64,000 nt of DNA from Actinomycetota bacterium (lineage in GTDB: Bacteria > Actinomycetota > UBA4738 > JACQTL01). How positions within the stretch are numbered: the stretch's first letter is position 1; every line of letters begins with the position of its first letter. The position numbers were made by a program, and so were the translations under genes. The stretch lies in NCBI GenBank assembly GCA_036557505.1, contig DATBHM010000065.1, forward strand, positions 6,742 through 70,741, given 5' to 3'. This document shows positions 38,854 through 48,858 of this stretch, in pieces. The notes under the pieces were generated by a model. That model worked only from the letters and a program-made list of their open reading frames with translations. It was not told the DNA's origin and made no database searches.

Positions 38854-39576
38854 GTGACCGCCGACCGGCAGGTTCGATCCACCCGCGTCCTGGCCCTGCT
38901 GTTCTGCCTCGCCGGAGCCATCGCGATCGTGCTCGGATGGAACGCCGCGGCCGAGCGCGCCTCGGTCACCTCCCAGCTGCCGTACGTGCTGTCCGGCGGC
39001 GCCGCGGGGATCGGGCTGTTGACGTTCGGTGTCGGGCTGCTGCTCGTCGCCCAGCTCCGGGCGGAACGCCGCCGGGTGACCGGGGTGCTCCAGCTGATGG
39101 GCGCGGGGGTGGTCTCGCGGGCCAGGGCCTCGCTGGCCGGCGCCGCCTCCGGCGAAGGCGACGGAACGGCCCCCGCTGCGGACGAGGCCGAAGGCGACGG
39201 GAAGGCCGCTCCGGCCGATCGACCCGGCGGCGAACGTGCCGGATTGGCGATGCGGAGCGCCAAGGTCGTGGCCCTGGTCCTGGCGGTGGCCGGGTTCGCG
39301 ACGATCGCGCTCGGGTGGAGCGGGATGACGAACGCGTCCACCGCCGACCAGCAGCTTCCGTACCTGCTCTCGGGCGGGTTCGGTGGGATGGCCCTGATCG
39401 TGTCCGCCATGGGGCTCCTCCTGGTGGCCCAGATCCGGGCCGAGCGGCGGAAGCTCACCGACGTTCTGGCGGTCATGGCGGTGGCCGTCGGGCAGGCCGC
39501 GTCGCCGGGCCCGGCCACGGCGCACGGTGCTCCGATCGCGGGCGAGCCGCCGGCCCAGCACGCCGCCGCGAGCTGA
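38854..39576 (+). CDS. Integral membrane protein with an internal duplication of a 2-TM module (hypothetical)
   Basis: A GTG start follows a GAGGAAGGGA ribosome-binding site. Residues roughly 10-80 and 135-205 are clear paralogous repeats: QLPY(V/L)LSGG...GLLLVAQ(L/I)RAERR(R/K)(V/L)T.VL, separated by an acidic Ala/Gly/Glu linker. Confidence 0.45.
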   Translation: MTADRQVRSTRVLALLFCLAGAIAIVLGWNAAAERASVTSQLPYVLSGGAAGIGLLTFGVGLLLVAQLRAERRRVTGVLQLMGAGVVSRARASLAGAASGEGDGTAPAADEAEGDGKAAPADRPGGERAGLAMRSAKVVALVLAVAGFATIALGWSGMTNASTADQQLPYLLSGGFGGMALIVSAMGLLLVAQIRAERRKLTDVLAVMAVAVGQAASPGPATAHGAPIAGEPPAQHAAAS

Positions 39577-39609
39577 GCGGCGCCCCCCGGGGCGTGCGAC
39601 GATCCCGGG

Positions 39610-40002
39610 GTGAGCGCGTCGGGGCGGGGGGAGGCCGTCCGCGGGTTCTGGGCGGCGATCGAGCGGAGGGATTGGACTGCTGCGAGATCCCTCCTCGACG
39701 ACGCCTGCGTGACCGAGTGGCCGCACTCACGGGAGCGGTTCGACGGAGGGGACGCGTACATCGAGGTGAACCGCGCCTACCCGGAGGGGTGGCACATCAC
39801 CGTGCTCCGCGTCGCGGCGGACGGCGATCTGGTCGCGTCCGAGGTCCGCGTGGACCAGGGCGACGACGTGTTCTTCGCCGCCTCGTACTTCGAGTTCGGC
39901 CCCGCCGGGAAGGTCGTGCGGCTGCACGAGCTGTGGGTGACGTCGCCGTACGAGGACCCGGCATCCTGGCGCGCCCCGTGGTCGCGCCGGCTCGACCTCT
40001 GA
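39610..40002 (+). CDS. SnoaL/NTF2-like fold protein
   Basis: The 130-aa product has a pattern typical of SnoaL-like polyketide cyclase/NTF2 domains (WAAIERRDW...VTEWP...G). Confidence 0.5.
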   Translation: MSASGRGEAVRGFWAAIERRDWTAARSLLDDACVTEWPHSRERFDGGDAYIEVNRAYPEGWHITVLRVAADGDLVASEVRVDQGDDVFFAASYFEFGPAGKVVRLHELWVTSPYEDPASWRAPWSRRLDL

Positions 40003-40061
40003 GCGCAGGCCCGAGGGGACCAGGTTTCGGATCGGGGCCGTGCGGGAATCCACCCCACGCC

Positions 40062-41189
40062 ATGCTCCATGCCCGAGGGGGACGGCGAGGGTCGGCCCGC
40101 CCAGACGTCCCCACCACGCGATTGGGCTCCCGACCGGCCGGTTCGGCGCGGCGCCGGCGAGCCAGCCTGGCGGCGGTCGTCTGCGCCGTCGTGGCGATCG
40201 CCGTCGTGGGAACGGCGTGCGGCCAGTACCCCGGCGTCCATCGCGCCGCCCTGCACGAGCGGCCGGCCTCGGCATCGCAACCCCCGTCGAGCCCGGTCTC
40301 GGGCACCGGCGCACGCCCCGGGGGGTCGAGGAGCGTGGCCGACGGGGCCTCGGGTCCGGGACCGCACGCCGTCAGGGGCGGCGGTGGGAACGAGTTGGAT
40401 CTCTCGAAGGTCTTTCCGGTGCACCGAACATGGGGAGGCTCCCGCACGGATTCCCGCGGCGGCGGTTCGAAGGGGTCGCCTGCCGGTTCCTCGAATGGCT
40501 CCTCCTCGGGTGGCTCGAATGGCGGTTCGTCGAAGGGCGGCTCCGGGGCCGCGACGGGGAAGCCCCGGAAGGTCTCCGGTTCCCCGAAGGTCCGCGGGGA
40601 GGACGGGGCCCACCCGGGCCCGCCCGACATCCAGGGCCATGTGACGCCGGGCCAGGTCCCGCCGGGGTCCCTCGACCTCGCGGAGCTCGTCTCCCGCGAG
40701 ACCGTCCAGGGAGCGAAATACAACTCGACGGTGCTCCCGAAGGGGTTCCCCTTCCTGATCTGCCCGGTGCAAGGGACGTACTCCTACTCGGACAGCTACG
40801 GAGCGCCGCGGTACACGGGCGGCTACCACCCCCACGCCGGCGTCGACATCTTCGCCGACCAGGGAACGCCCATCGCGGCGCCGTTCGACGGGTACGTGTC
40901 CCGTGATCCGAACACGTTGGGCGGGAACGCCGTCGAGGTGAAGGGTGCTCAGGGCTACGTGTACATGGCGCACCTGGTCGCGTACGGGATCACGGATCGG
41001 TACGTGAAGGCGGGAACCGTGGTCGGATTCGTGGGCAACACGGGCGACGCGCAGGGCACCTCGTTCCACGACCACTTCGAGTGGCACCCCGACGCGGTGG
41101 CGCCGTACGACCGGCAGATCTCCGGGACGAACGGCGCCGTCGACCCGTTCCCGTACCTGCAGGTCGTCTGTCCGCCCACGGAGCGCTGA
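40062..41189 (+). CDS. M23-family (LytM/lysostaphin-like) metallopeptidase lipoprotein
   Basis: The signal peptide has a lipobox (VGTAC). A Ser/Gly-rich linker follows. The M23 motifs are HxxxD in YHPHAGVDIFA and HxH in TSFHDHFEW. Confidence 0.75.
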   Translation: MLHARGGRRGSARPDVPTTRLGSRPAGSARRRRASLAAVVCAVVAIAVVGTACGQYPGVHRAALHERPASASQPPSSPVSGTGARPGGSRSVADGASGPGPHAVRGGGGNELDLSKVFPVHRTWGGSRTDSRGGGSKGSPAGSSNGSSSGGSNGGSSKGGSGAATGKPRKVSGSPKVRGEDGAHPGPPDIQGHVTPGQVPPGSLDLAELVSRETVQGAKYNSTVLPKGFPFLICPVQGTYSYSDSYGAPRYTGGYHPHAGVDIFADQGTPIAAPFDGYVSRDPNTLGGNAVEVKGAQGYVYMAHLVAYGITDRYVKAGTVVGFVGNTGDAQGTSFHDHFEWHPDAVAPYDRQISGTNGAVDPFPYLQVVCPPTER

Positions 41190-41235
41190 ACTCGGCGCGC
41201 CGGTTCCGAACGACCCGCTGCTACAGTCGCCGGAC

Positions 41236-42948
41236 GTGACGACGACACGGGAACGGTCCCGGGTTCGTGACCCCGGGCGACCGTCGATTCCCTCCCGGCC
41301 GGCCCTCACCGCCGATCTCGCCGTGGTGGCCATGCTCGTCGCCGTGGCCCTCCTCGTGGCCGTGGCGGCCATGAAGCCGTCGCCCATCTCGCCGACGCTG
41401 CCCAAGGGCGCGGGCTCCGGCAAGGCGCTCGGGTCGCTGGCGGGGATGCTGGGTCTCCAGGGGTGGACCGGGACGCATCGGGCGGACCTCTCGATCGTGG
41501 TCATGTTCGTGTTCGCGGGGGCGTTCCTGTTCGGGCTGCGGGAGGCGTGGCACGGGCGGCTCTCGTCGCGGAAGGTGCTGTGGTTCGGGATCGCGCTCGT
41601 GGTGGTGGCGACGGTGGTGCCGCTGCTCGAGTCACGGGACGTGTACTCGTACGCGCTGTACGGCCGGATCGCGGGGATCTACCACAGGAATCCCTACGTC
41701 GCGATCCCTCGGGACTTCCCGAACGACTCCCTGTATCCGTTCGTCGGGCCGGTGTGGCGCGATACACCCGCCGTGTACGGGCCGGCGTTCACGATGCTCT
41801 CCGGGCTGCTCGCGAGGACGACCTCCAGCACGGTCGGGCTGATCTGGGCGTTCAAGCTGATCGGGGGCGCCGCCGCCATCGGGACGCTCGCGCTGGTCGC
41901 ATGGATCGCTCGGCGGGTGGCGCCGGGCCGGGCGGCGTTCGCCGTCGCGCTGTTCGGCTGGAACCCGGCGATCATCGCGTACGCGGTGGGCGGCGGGCAC
42001 AACGACCTGCTGGTCGCGCTGTGCATCGCCGGCGCCCTGGCCCTGCTGATCAAAGGCGGTGTGTTCGAACGGATCCGGGCACCGGGAGCCACGGCCCCAA
42101 CCGGATGGCCACGGTACGAGCTGGTCGCGGTGGGACTGTTGACGTTGGGGACCCTGGTGAAGGCGAGCGCCGGACCGGCCCTGGTACTGGCCGTCGTGGC
42201 GGGGGCGGCCGCGCGGCCCCGGGGGAGCCGGCTGCGCCTGGTGGCGATCGAGGCCGCGGTGGTCGTGGGACTGGCTGTGGTCTTCGGCGCGCCGTTCTGG
42301 CAGACCAAGAACCCGACGCTCGGCGTGGCCGACCTGGCCACGCACCGGGGGTGGGTGACGGCCGTGCGGCTCCTGCTCGCGACGCTCGGGGGGATCGCCG
42401 AGAACCTGTGGGGCGGCGCCGGCCGGAGCGCCGTGGAGGCCGTGATCCGGATCTCGGTCACCCTGGCGGCCGTGGCGGCGCTCGTGCTGATCGCGATCGC
42501 CGTCGTCCGGCGAACCCGCGGGCGCGCGGGCGCCTCCTGGTCGGCGCCCGCCGAGGGTGCCGCCTGGGCCTGGGGGATGCTGGTGTTCATCCTGGCCGCG
42601 CCCGTGCTGCTGCCCTGGTACGTGGCGTGGACGCTGCCGGTCGCCTGGCTGCTGCCCCGGGCCGGCCGAAACCTCGTCGTCGCGCTGTCCTGCCTGCTGG
42701 TGGTGACGCATTCCATCGCGAACCCCGTGCTGAGCTCGCGGCAGTACGGTTTCGTGCTGCTGGTCGGGCACGACGTCGTCGGCCCGATCATGCTCGTGGC
42801 GCTGGTATGGGCGGTCCTGGCGGCGGTCCGGCTCGCCCGGGGTCGCCTACCGCTGGAGGACCCCACGCTCGGCGGGGGCGTCCTCGGTCGTCCCGCGACG
42901 GCCGCGGCGGAACGCCAGCGCGTAGCCGCCGGCACCGACGGCGACTGA
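41236..42948 (+). CDS. Polytopic membrane protein, GT87/DUF2029-like putative polyprenol-phosphate-mannose-dependent mannosyltransferase
   Basis: It has about 12 or more TM helices. The conserved loop region VYSYALYGRIAGIYHRNPY and the WNPAIIAYAVGGGHNDLLV segment are reminiscent of PimE/MptA-type GT-C enzymes. The family assignment is tentative. Confidence 0.45.
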   Translation: MTTTRERSRVRDPGRPSIPSRPALTADLAVVAMLVAVALLVAVAAMKPSPISPTLPKGAGSGKALGSLAGMLGLQGWTGTHRADLSIVVMFVFAGAFLFGLREAWHGRLSSRKVLWFGIALVVVATVVPLLESRDVYSYALYGRIAGIYHRNPYVAIPRDFPNDSLYPFVGPVWRDTPAVYGPAFTMLSGLLARTTSSTVGLIWAFKLIGGAAAIGTLALVAWIARRVAPGRAAFAVALFGWNPAIIAYAVGGGHNDLLVALCIAGALALLIKGGVFERIRAPGATAPTGWPRYELVAVGLLTLGTLVKASAGPALVLAVVAGAAARPRGSRLRLVAIEAAVVVGLAVVFGAPFWQTKNPTLGVADLATHRGWVTAVRLLLATLGGIAENLWGGAGRSAVEAVIRISVTLAAVAALVLIAIAVVRRTRGRAGASWSAPAEGAAWAWGMLVFILAAPVLLPWYVAWTLPVAWLLPRAGRNLVVALSCLLVVTHSIANPVLSSRQYGFVLLVGHDVVGPIMLVALVWAVLAAVRLARGRLPLEDPTLGGGVLGRPATAAAERQRVAAGTDGD

Positions 42949-44730
42949 CAGCAGGACCGGCACCGGTCCGGTCAGGCGGACGCCCAGCCGGTCGAGCGCA
43001 ATCCCGGCCAGCGCGAGCATGGCGATCCCCGTGGCGAGCGAGAGACCCAATGCCGCCGGACCCCGGGCGATCAGCGCGCGCGTCCAGCCGAATCCCACGA
43101 TCCCGACGAGCGAGAGGGCCTCGATGGCCGCCAGGACCGTCCGCCAGATCGGCGCGGGGCGGAGCGGCGCGGCGGGGATCGACGTTGCCGTGGCCCCGCC
43201 GATGACCACCACGCCCGGTCCGGCCGCCCGGCCGATCGACGCGGCGGCCGCGAAGCCATGTTCGTTCATGGGGCGGAGCACGATCGCCACGGGCCGGGTC
43301 GTCGAGCCGGCGAGCGCTCGGCGGAGATCGGCCAGATACAGGGCCGAGAGGCGGTCGTGGAGGGTGTCGCCTGCGCCGGTCGGGCGGCCGGCGAGGAAGT
43401 CGGCCGCGGTGCCGACGACGACGTGGACGTCGCGGATGCGGTCGGGGGGGACGGCGCTCCGGAGCTCGTTCGCCCATCGGGGGACGTCCAGCCCGGGGTG
43501 GTCGCGTCCGTCCACGACGAACACGACCGGAGTCCCGGCGGGGAGCGCCGCCACGACCCCGGCGGCGGTCGCGGCGGCGGCCATCTCGTCGTCCCGGAAG
43601 AACTGCGCGGCGTGCCGCCAGGCCAGCACGGAGCCCACCGCGACGGCCGCGACCGCGACGACGGCAACGACCCGCGTCCAGGCGTGCCGGCTGCCGCTCG
43701 CCCACAGCCACACGACACCCAGCGCCGCCAGCACGGGAAGCGAGAACGCGAACGACAGGAACCGCTCCGCCGGCAGGAGAGCGGTGAGCAGGGCCGCGAC
43801 CACGCCCAGGCCCGTCAGGGCGATCCAGGCCACCAGCGTCCTCAGGGCGAATCCCGGCCCGTCCCCGTCGTCGTTCCAGCGGGCCGCGGTTCCGACGGCG
43901 GCGAGGGGGACGTAGACGAACGGGAGGTACCGCACCCAGCTCCCCGCGAACCGCGACCGGTACAGGTCGTGCAGCCGGCCCGACAGGCCGGCCCGGCGGA
44001 GGAACGCGTCCTTCGAGGTGTCGGCCCCGGCGATCGCGCCCGGGCCCCACGCGAGGAGGGAGAGGAACCCGGCCCCGGCGATGGCGGCCCCTCCTGCCAG
44101 CGCGCCGAGGGCCGCCCGGTCGTGCCGACCGGCGAGGGGGGACTGCCCCCGCCGGCGGCGGGTCCACCCGTCCCACGCCACGGTCGCCAATAGGATTCCG
44201 GCGCCCAAGGCCGCGAACGCGAAGTGGCAGAGGGCCGCGGCGCCGAGGAGGACCGCCGCGGCGGCGGTTCGCCGCCGGACGAGGGCGGCCAGGGCGGCGA
44301 CGAACAGGGCGGCCGCGGCCAGGCTCGCCAGGTACCCGTTGGCCAGGTTCGCCGCGTACCACCCCGCGAACAGCCCCGACAGGACCGCCGACGACATCGA
44401 CCAGGTCGCACACAGCACCAGGCCGGCGGCCGCGAGCCCGACCGCCACCGGGAGCACCAGGCCGACCGCCGCGACCGCCTCGGTGGTGGACAGGTTGAGG
44501 GTGCCTCCCACGACGAGGACCAGCGCCGGGACCCCGGGCCGCGACCCGACCGCGGACAGGCCGTCGTGTCCGGCCAGCCTGGCCCACCACGTGTACACGG
44601 GCGAATCGGCCCCGATCGCGAAGTGGTAGCCACGGATGACCGTCGGCGCGAGGAAGAAGGCCGCCAGGATCAGGCCCACGGCCACGAGCCAGCGGGCCGA
44701 TCGCGAGTCCCGCTCGCCGGTCCCGGACAC
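42847..44730 (-). CDS. Large polytopic membrane protein (hypothetical; possible GT-C-like glycosyltransferase)
   Basis: The 627-aa product is highly hydrophobic, with many TM helices and a roughly 130-aa soluble loop. It converges on the GT87-like gene with a roughly 100-bp 3' overlap. Confidence 0.5.
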   Translation of the reverse strand: MSGTGERDSRSARWLVAVGLILAAFFLAPTVIRGYHFAIGADSPVYTWWARLAGHDGLSAVGSRPGVPALVLVVGGTLNLSTTEAVAAVGLVLPVAVGLAAAGLVLCATWSMSSAVLSGLFAGWYAANLANGYLASLAAAALFVAALAALVRRRTAAAAVLLGAAALCHFAFAALGAGILLATVAWDGWTRRRRGQSPLAGRHDRAALGALAGGAAIAGAGFLSLLAWGPGAIAGADTSKDAFLRRAGLSGRLHDLYRSRFAGSWVRYLPFVYVPLAAVGTAARWNDDGDGPGFALRTLVAWIALTGLGVVAALLTALLPAERFLSFAFSLPVLAALGVVWLWASGSRHAWTRVVAVVAVAAVAVGSVLAWRHAAQFFRDDEMAAAATAAGVVAALPAGTPVVFVVDGRDHPGLDVPRWANELRSAVPPDRIRDVHVVVGTAADFLAGRPTGAGDTLHDRLSALYLADLRRALAGSTTRPVAIVLRPMNEHGFAAAASIGRAAGPGVVVIGGATATSIPAAPLRPAPIWRTVLAAIEALSLVGIVGFGWTRALIARGPAALGLSLATGIAMLALAGIALDRLGVRLTGPVPVLLSVAVGAGGYALAFRRGRRGTTEDAPAERGVLQR

Positions 44731-44792
44731 GGCCGAATGCTACGCGCCGGCCCGTGGACCCGGGACGCGCCGGTTGACCCCGTTCGCGCGGC

Positions 44793-46061
44793 TTGCGCAT
44801 CCTGAACGGCATGACGACGCGGCGGGCGTTCGCCGATGCGCCGGCGCGGGTCGACGGACGCGACCTCCTGCTCGCGGCCGGGGTCGCCGCGCTCTGCACG
44901 GCCCTGCTGTGGTTCCGGACGGACCACCTGACGCCGGGGACGCCGTACTTCGGGCTGCCCTGGGACCACCACATGTACATCGCGATGGCCGTGCACGGGC
45001 CGTTCGGGTTCCACATCGCGCCGTACGGCTGGCGCGTCCTCGCTCCGGCCCTGGTGTGGGCGATGCCGTTCCCGGCGCAGCCGGGGTTCCAGCTCGTGTC
45101 GATCGTGACCGTGTGGGGGACGGGGGTCGCCGTCTGGGTGCTGCTCCGGCGGTTCGGGTTCGATCCACCGATCGCCATCGCCGGGCTGCTGCTGTATTTC
45201 GCGGTCGGCTACGCCACGAAGTGGACGCTGTTCGACTTCTGGCTGACCGACCCTCTGGCCTTCCTCCTGGCGACGTGCGCCGTGCTGCTCGCCATGTCGG
45301 GGCGGGACGTCGCGTTCGCCGTGTGCCTGGCGCTCGGGACGATGGCGAAGGAGAGCGTGATCTTCGTCGCCCCCCTCGCGTACACCCTGCGGGCGACCCG
45401 GCCGTGGGACCGGGGGCTCGCGATGCGGACGATCGGCGCCACGCTGCCGGCGGTCGCGGTGCTGGTGGCGCTACACGTGGGGATCCCCGGGCGGAACGCC
45501 GATCCGGCCTACGTCGCGACGTTCCCGCCGGCGATCCGCGACAACGTCATCCGGCACTACACGTACGGGTCGGTGCTGCACCACATCGTGGCCAAGCGGG
45601 TCGACCACCTGGGCAGCACGCTGATCCGAACCGTGTCGGCGTTCGGCCTCGTCGTGCCGGTGCTCGCGGTGATCGGGCTCCGGAGCCCAAGAGCCCGGTC
45701 CTTCGCGCTGCGGTCGCTCCCGTTCCTGCTCCTGGTGCTCACGCAGCTGCTGTTCGCGTACAACACGGAACGGCTGCTGGTGCTCGGCCTGATCGCGGTG
45801 GTGCCGCTCGCCACCTGGGGCCTCCAGCAGCTGATGGAGCTCCGCGGCGCCGGGCCGGCCGTCTACGTCGTCCTCGCGGCCACGGTGTTCGCGGTGCAGC
45901 TGGTCGGGATGCACGAGTGGGAACCGAACCCGCTGGTGCAGCTGGGGATCCTGGCGGTCTTCGTGCCGTTCGTGGGGCCGTGGCGCCCGGGCCGCCGGCG
46001 AGGGGCCGCGATGCGCGCCCCGCGCCCCGCGGGAGCGCCCGCGGCGGTTCCGCCTCCCTGA
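44793..46061 (+). CDS. Polytopic membrane protein (hypothetical)
   Basis: The ORF opens at TTG 44793 and has about 11 TM helices. The likely real start is ATG 44811 (MTTRRAF...). It is divergent from the preceding membrane protein gene, with an intergenic region of under 90 bp. Confidence 0.5.
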   Translation: MRILNGMTTRRAFADAPARVDGRDLLLAAGVAALCTALLWFRTDHLTPGTPYFGLPWDHHMYIAMAVHGPFGFHIAPYGWRVLAPALVWAMPFPAQPGFQLVSIVTVWGTGVAVWVLLRRFGFDPPIAIAGLLLYFAVGYATKWTLFDFWLTDPLAFLLATCAVLLAMSGRDVAFAVCLALGTMAKESVIFVAPLAYTLRATRPWDRGLAMRTIGATLPAVAVLVALHVGIPGRNADPAYVATFPPAIRDNVIRHYTYGSVLHHIVAKRVDHLGSTLIRTVSAFGLVVPVLAVIGLRSPRARSFALRSLPFLLLVLTQLLFAYNTERLLVLGLIAVVPLATWGLQQLMELRGAGPAVYVVLAATVFAVQLVGMHEWEPNPLVQLGILAVFVPFVGPWRPGRRRGAAMRAPRPAGAPAAVPPP

Positions 46062-46120
46062 GGGTGCCCGGGGGGCCGACAACCCTGGGCGGATCGCTCC
46101 ACCGATAGAATCGGCGGTCC

Positions 46121-47521
46121 GTGTCCTCCGACGGCAATCTCGTCGACCCCTCGCTCGCCCAGGACGTGCTGCGGGCGGCGCTGACGCGGGGCGGTTCGTT
46201 CTCGGAGCTGTTCGTCGAGGAGCGAGCCTCCCTGGCCGTCCGGCTGGACGACGGCCGTATCGAGGAGCTCGACTCGGGGATCGACCGGGGGGCCGGCGTG
46301 CGCGTCGTGCAGGGAGCGTCGACGGGGTACGCGTTCTCCAACCGGCTGGACCCCGAGTCGCTGATGGAGGTGGCCGCCGCGGCGGCCGCGTCCGTCCGGG
46401 GTGACGAACCGGGGCGCATCGTCGATCTGACGGTCCGGGAGCCTGGCGTCGTGCACGCCGCCGAGCGGGATGCGGCGAGCGTCCCGGCCGAGGCCAAGGT
46501 CGCGTGGCTCCGGGAGGCCGACGAGGCCGGGCGGTCGTTCGACCCCGCGGTCACCCAGGTCGTGGCCGGCTACGGCGACTCGCTGCAGCGGGTGATGATC
46601 GCCGCGTCGGACGGGCGGCTGGTGCGGGAGGACCGCCCGCGCATCCGTCTCGCCGTGCAGGTGGTCGCGGCCCGGGACGGCGTGCTGCAGATCGGCTTCA
46701 ACGGACCGGCCCTGGTCGCGGGCTCCGAGTACGTCGACCGGTTCCCCCCGGCCGAGACCGCCCGGGAGGCGGCCCGGCAGGCCGTCGCGATGCTCGACGG
46801 CGTCCCGGCGCCGGCGCGGGAGATGCCGGTGGTGATCGGCCCGGGAGGCGGCGGGGTGCTGTTCCACGAGGCGTGCGGCCACGGGCTCGAGGCCGACCTC
46901 ATCCAGAAGGAGTCGTCGATCTACCGCGGCCGCGTCGGCGAGCTGCTGGCCACGCCGCTGCTGAACGGCGTCGACGACGCCACCGTGCCGAACGCGTGGG
47001 GCTCGTTCTCATTCGACGACGAGGGGTGGCCCAGCCAGCGGACCACGCTGTTCACCGAGGGCGTCCTGCAGGGGTACCTGTACGACCGCATCCGCGCCGA
47101 ACGCGACGGCGTTCCGTCGTCCGGGAACGGCCGCCGGCAGTCGTACGCGCACGTCCCGATCCCCCGGATGACCAACACCTACATCCTGTCCGGCGACGCC
47201 ACGGCCGACGGCATCGTGGCCGACACGCCGAACGGGTTCTACGCGCGGCGCCTCGGCGGCGGTCAGGTGAACCCCGCGACCGGTGACTTCGTGTTCGGGG
47301 TGACGGAGGGATACCTGATCGAGCACGGCGAGATCACGTCGCCGGTGCGCGGCGCGAACCTCGTGGGCAACGGCACCGGCATCCTGCAGGGGATCGACGT
47401 GCTCGCGGACGACTTCGACGTGTTCTACGGGATCTGCGGGAAAGAGGGACAGGGCGTCCCCGTGGGCAACGGGAGCCCGACGCTCCGCATCTCGCGCATG
47501 ACGGTCGGGGGCACGGGGTGA
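46121..47521 (+). CDS. tldD: TldD/PmbA-family metalloprotease (TldD)
   Basis: The 466-aa product has a TldD-type pattern (HEACGHGLEADL...) and a GTG start. Confidence 0.8.
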   Translation: MSSDGNLVDPSLAQDVLRAALTRGGSFSELFVEERASLAVRLDDGRIEELDSGIDRGAGVRVVQGASTGYAFSNRLDPESLMEVAAAAAASVRGDEPGRIVDLTVREPGVVHAAERDAASVPAEAKVAWLREADEAGRSFDPAVTQVVAGYGDSLQRVMIAASDGRLVREDRPRIRLAVQVVAARDGVLQIGFNGPALVAGSEYVDRFPPAETAREAARQAVAMLDGVPAPAREMPVVIGPGGGGVLFHEACGHGLEADLIQKESSIYRGRVGELLATPLLNGVDDATVPNAWGSFSFDDEGWPSQRTTLFTEGVLQGYLYDRIRAERDGVPSSGNGRRQSYAHVPIPRMTNTYILSGDATADGIVADTPNGFYARRLGGGQVNPATGDFVFGVTEGYLIEHGEITSPVRGANLVGNGTGILQGIDVLADDFDVFYGICGKEGQGVPVGNGSPTLRISRMTVGGTG

Positions 47522-48858
47522 GCGCCGACCTCTCGGACCTGACCGCGGCGGCGCTCCGCGTCGCGCAGGGCGCGGAGGACGTCGAGGCGTTCGTGCAGGA
47601 GTCCCGGCGGACGGAGGTCCGCGCGCGCGCCGGCGACGTCGAGTCGGTGACGTTCGCCGAGAGCCGGGGCGTCGGCGTGCGCGTGATCGACGGCGGCCGG
47701 ATGGGCTATGCGTGGGCCGCCGATCCCACGGTGGCGGAGGTGGCGGCGACCGTGGGGCGGGCGCGCGAGAACGCCGCGCTCGCCACCGAGGACGAGGACA
47801 ACGTCCTCCCGGCCCCGCAGCGCCCGGAGCGGCTCCCCGGGCTGTTCCACCAGGACCTCGTGGACACCCCCACGGAGCGCAAGGTGGAGCTGGCCCTCGG
47901 CCTCGACGTCGCGGCGGCCCGGTCGGATCCCAGGGTCCGGAAGGTGGACCACGTGTCCTACGCGGACTCGATCAGCCGGATCGCGATCGCCTCGACGCGC
48001 GGGATCCACGGCGAGTACGCCCGGACCGACTGCTGGTGCACGGCCTCGACCCTCGCCGAGGACGGCGACGAGACGCAGACCGGGTTCTCGTTCCGGCTGG
48101 GCCGCGACCTCGGAGGGCTCGACTGGATGGCGTGCGCCGAGGAGGCGGCCATGCGGGCGTCGCGGCTGCTCGGCGCGACGAAGCCGGCGTCGGGACCGTT
48201 CCGCGTGGTGCTCGACCCGGCCGCCGCGGTGGCGTTCCTCGGTGTGCTGGCGGGCGCGCTGTCCGCCGAGTCGGTCCAGAAGGGCCGGTCGCTGTTCGCG
48301 TCGCTGGCCGGGGAGGTCGTGGCTTCCGATCCGGTGAACCTGGTGGACGACGGACGCCTGCTCGACGGTCCGGGCGCGGCGCCGGTCGACGACGAGGGGG
48401 TGCCGACCATGCGGACCCCGCTCATCGACCGGGGCCGCCTGACGGGGTTCCTCCACAACGCGCACACCGCCCACCGGGGGCGGACCCTGTCCACCGGAAA
48501 CGCCGGGCGGGCGGGGTTCCGGACGCCGCCGGGCGTGTCCACCACGAACCTGTTCCTCGCCGGGGGGACCGATCCGCCCGAGGTCCTGCTCCGGCGGGCC
48601 GACCACGGCGTGTACGTCCAGGAGGTCTCCGGGGTGCATTCGGGGGCCAACCCCATCACCGGCGAGTTCTCGGTGGGCGCGACCGGGCTCCGCATCGCCG
48701 GGGGCGCCCTGGCGGAGCCACTGCGCGAGATGACGGTCGCCAGCACCCTGCGCGATGTCCTCGAGCGCGTGGTCGCGGTGGGGGACGACCTGCGGTTCTT
48801 CGGCTCGACGGGCTCCCCCACCGTGCTCGTCGAGGAGATGACGATCGGGGGAACGTGA
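47518..48858 (+). CDS. pmbA: TldD/PmbA-family protein (PmbA/TldE partner)
   Basis: The GTG start overlaps the tldD stop as GTGA. The 446-aa product is PmbA-like and lacks the HExxxH motif. Confidence 0.75.
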   Translation: MSADLSDLTAAALRVAQGAEDVEAFVQESRRTEVRARAGDVESVTFAESRGVGVRVIDGGRMGYAWAADPTVAEVAATVGRARENAALATEDEDNVLPAPQRPERLPGLFHQDLVDTPTERKVELALGLDVAAARSDPRVRKVDHVSYADSISRIAIASTRGIHGEYARTDCWCTASTLAEDGDETQTGFSFRLGRDLGGLDWMACAEEAAMRASRLLGATKPASGPFRVVLDPAAAVAFLGVLAGALSAESVQKGRSLFASLAGEVVASDPVNLVDDGRLLDGPGAAPVDDEGVPTMRTPLIDRGRLTGFLHNAHTAHRGRTLSTGNAGRAGFRTPPGVSTTNLFLAGGTDPPEVLLRRADHGVYVQEVSGVHSGANPITGEFSVGATGLRIAGGALAEPLREMTVASTLRDVLERVVAVGDDLRFFGSTGSPTVLVEEMTIGGT

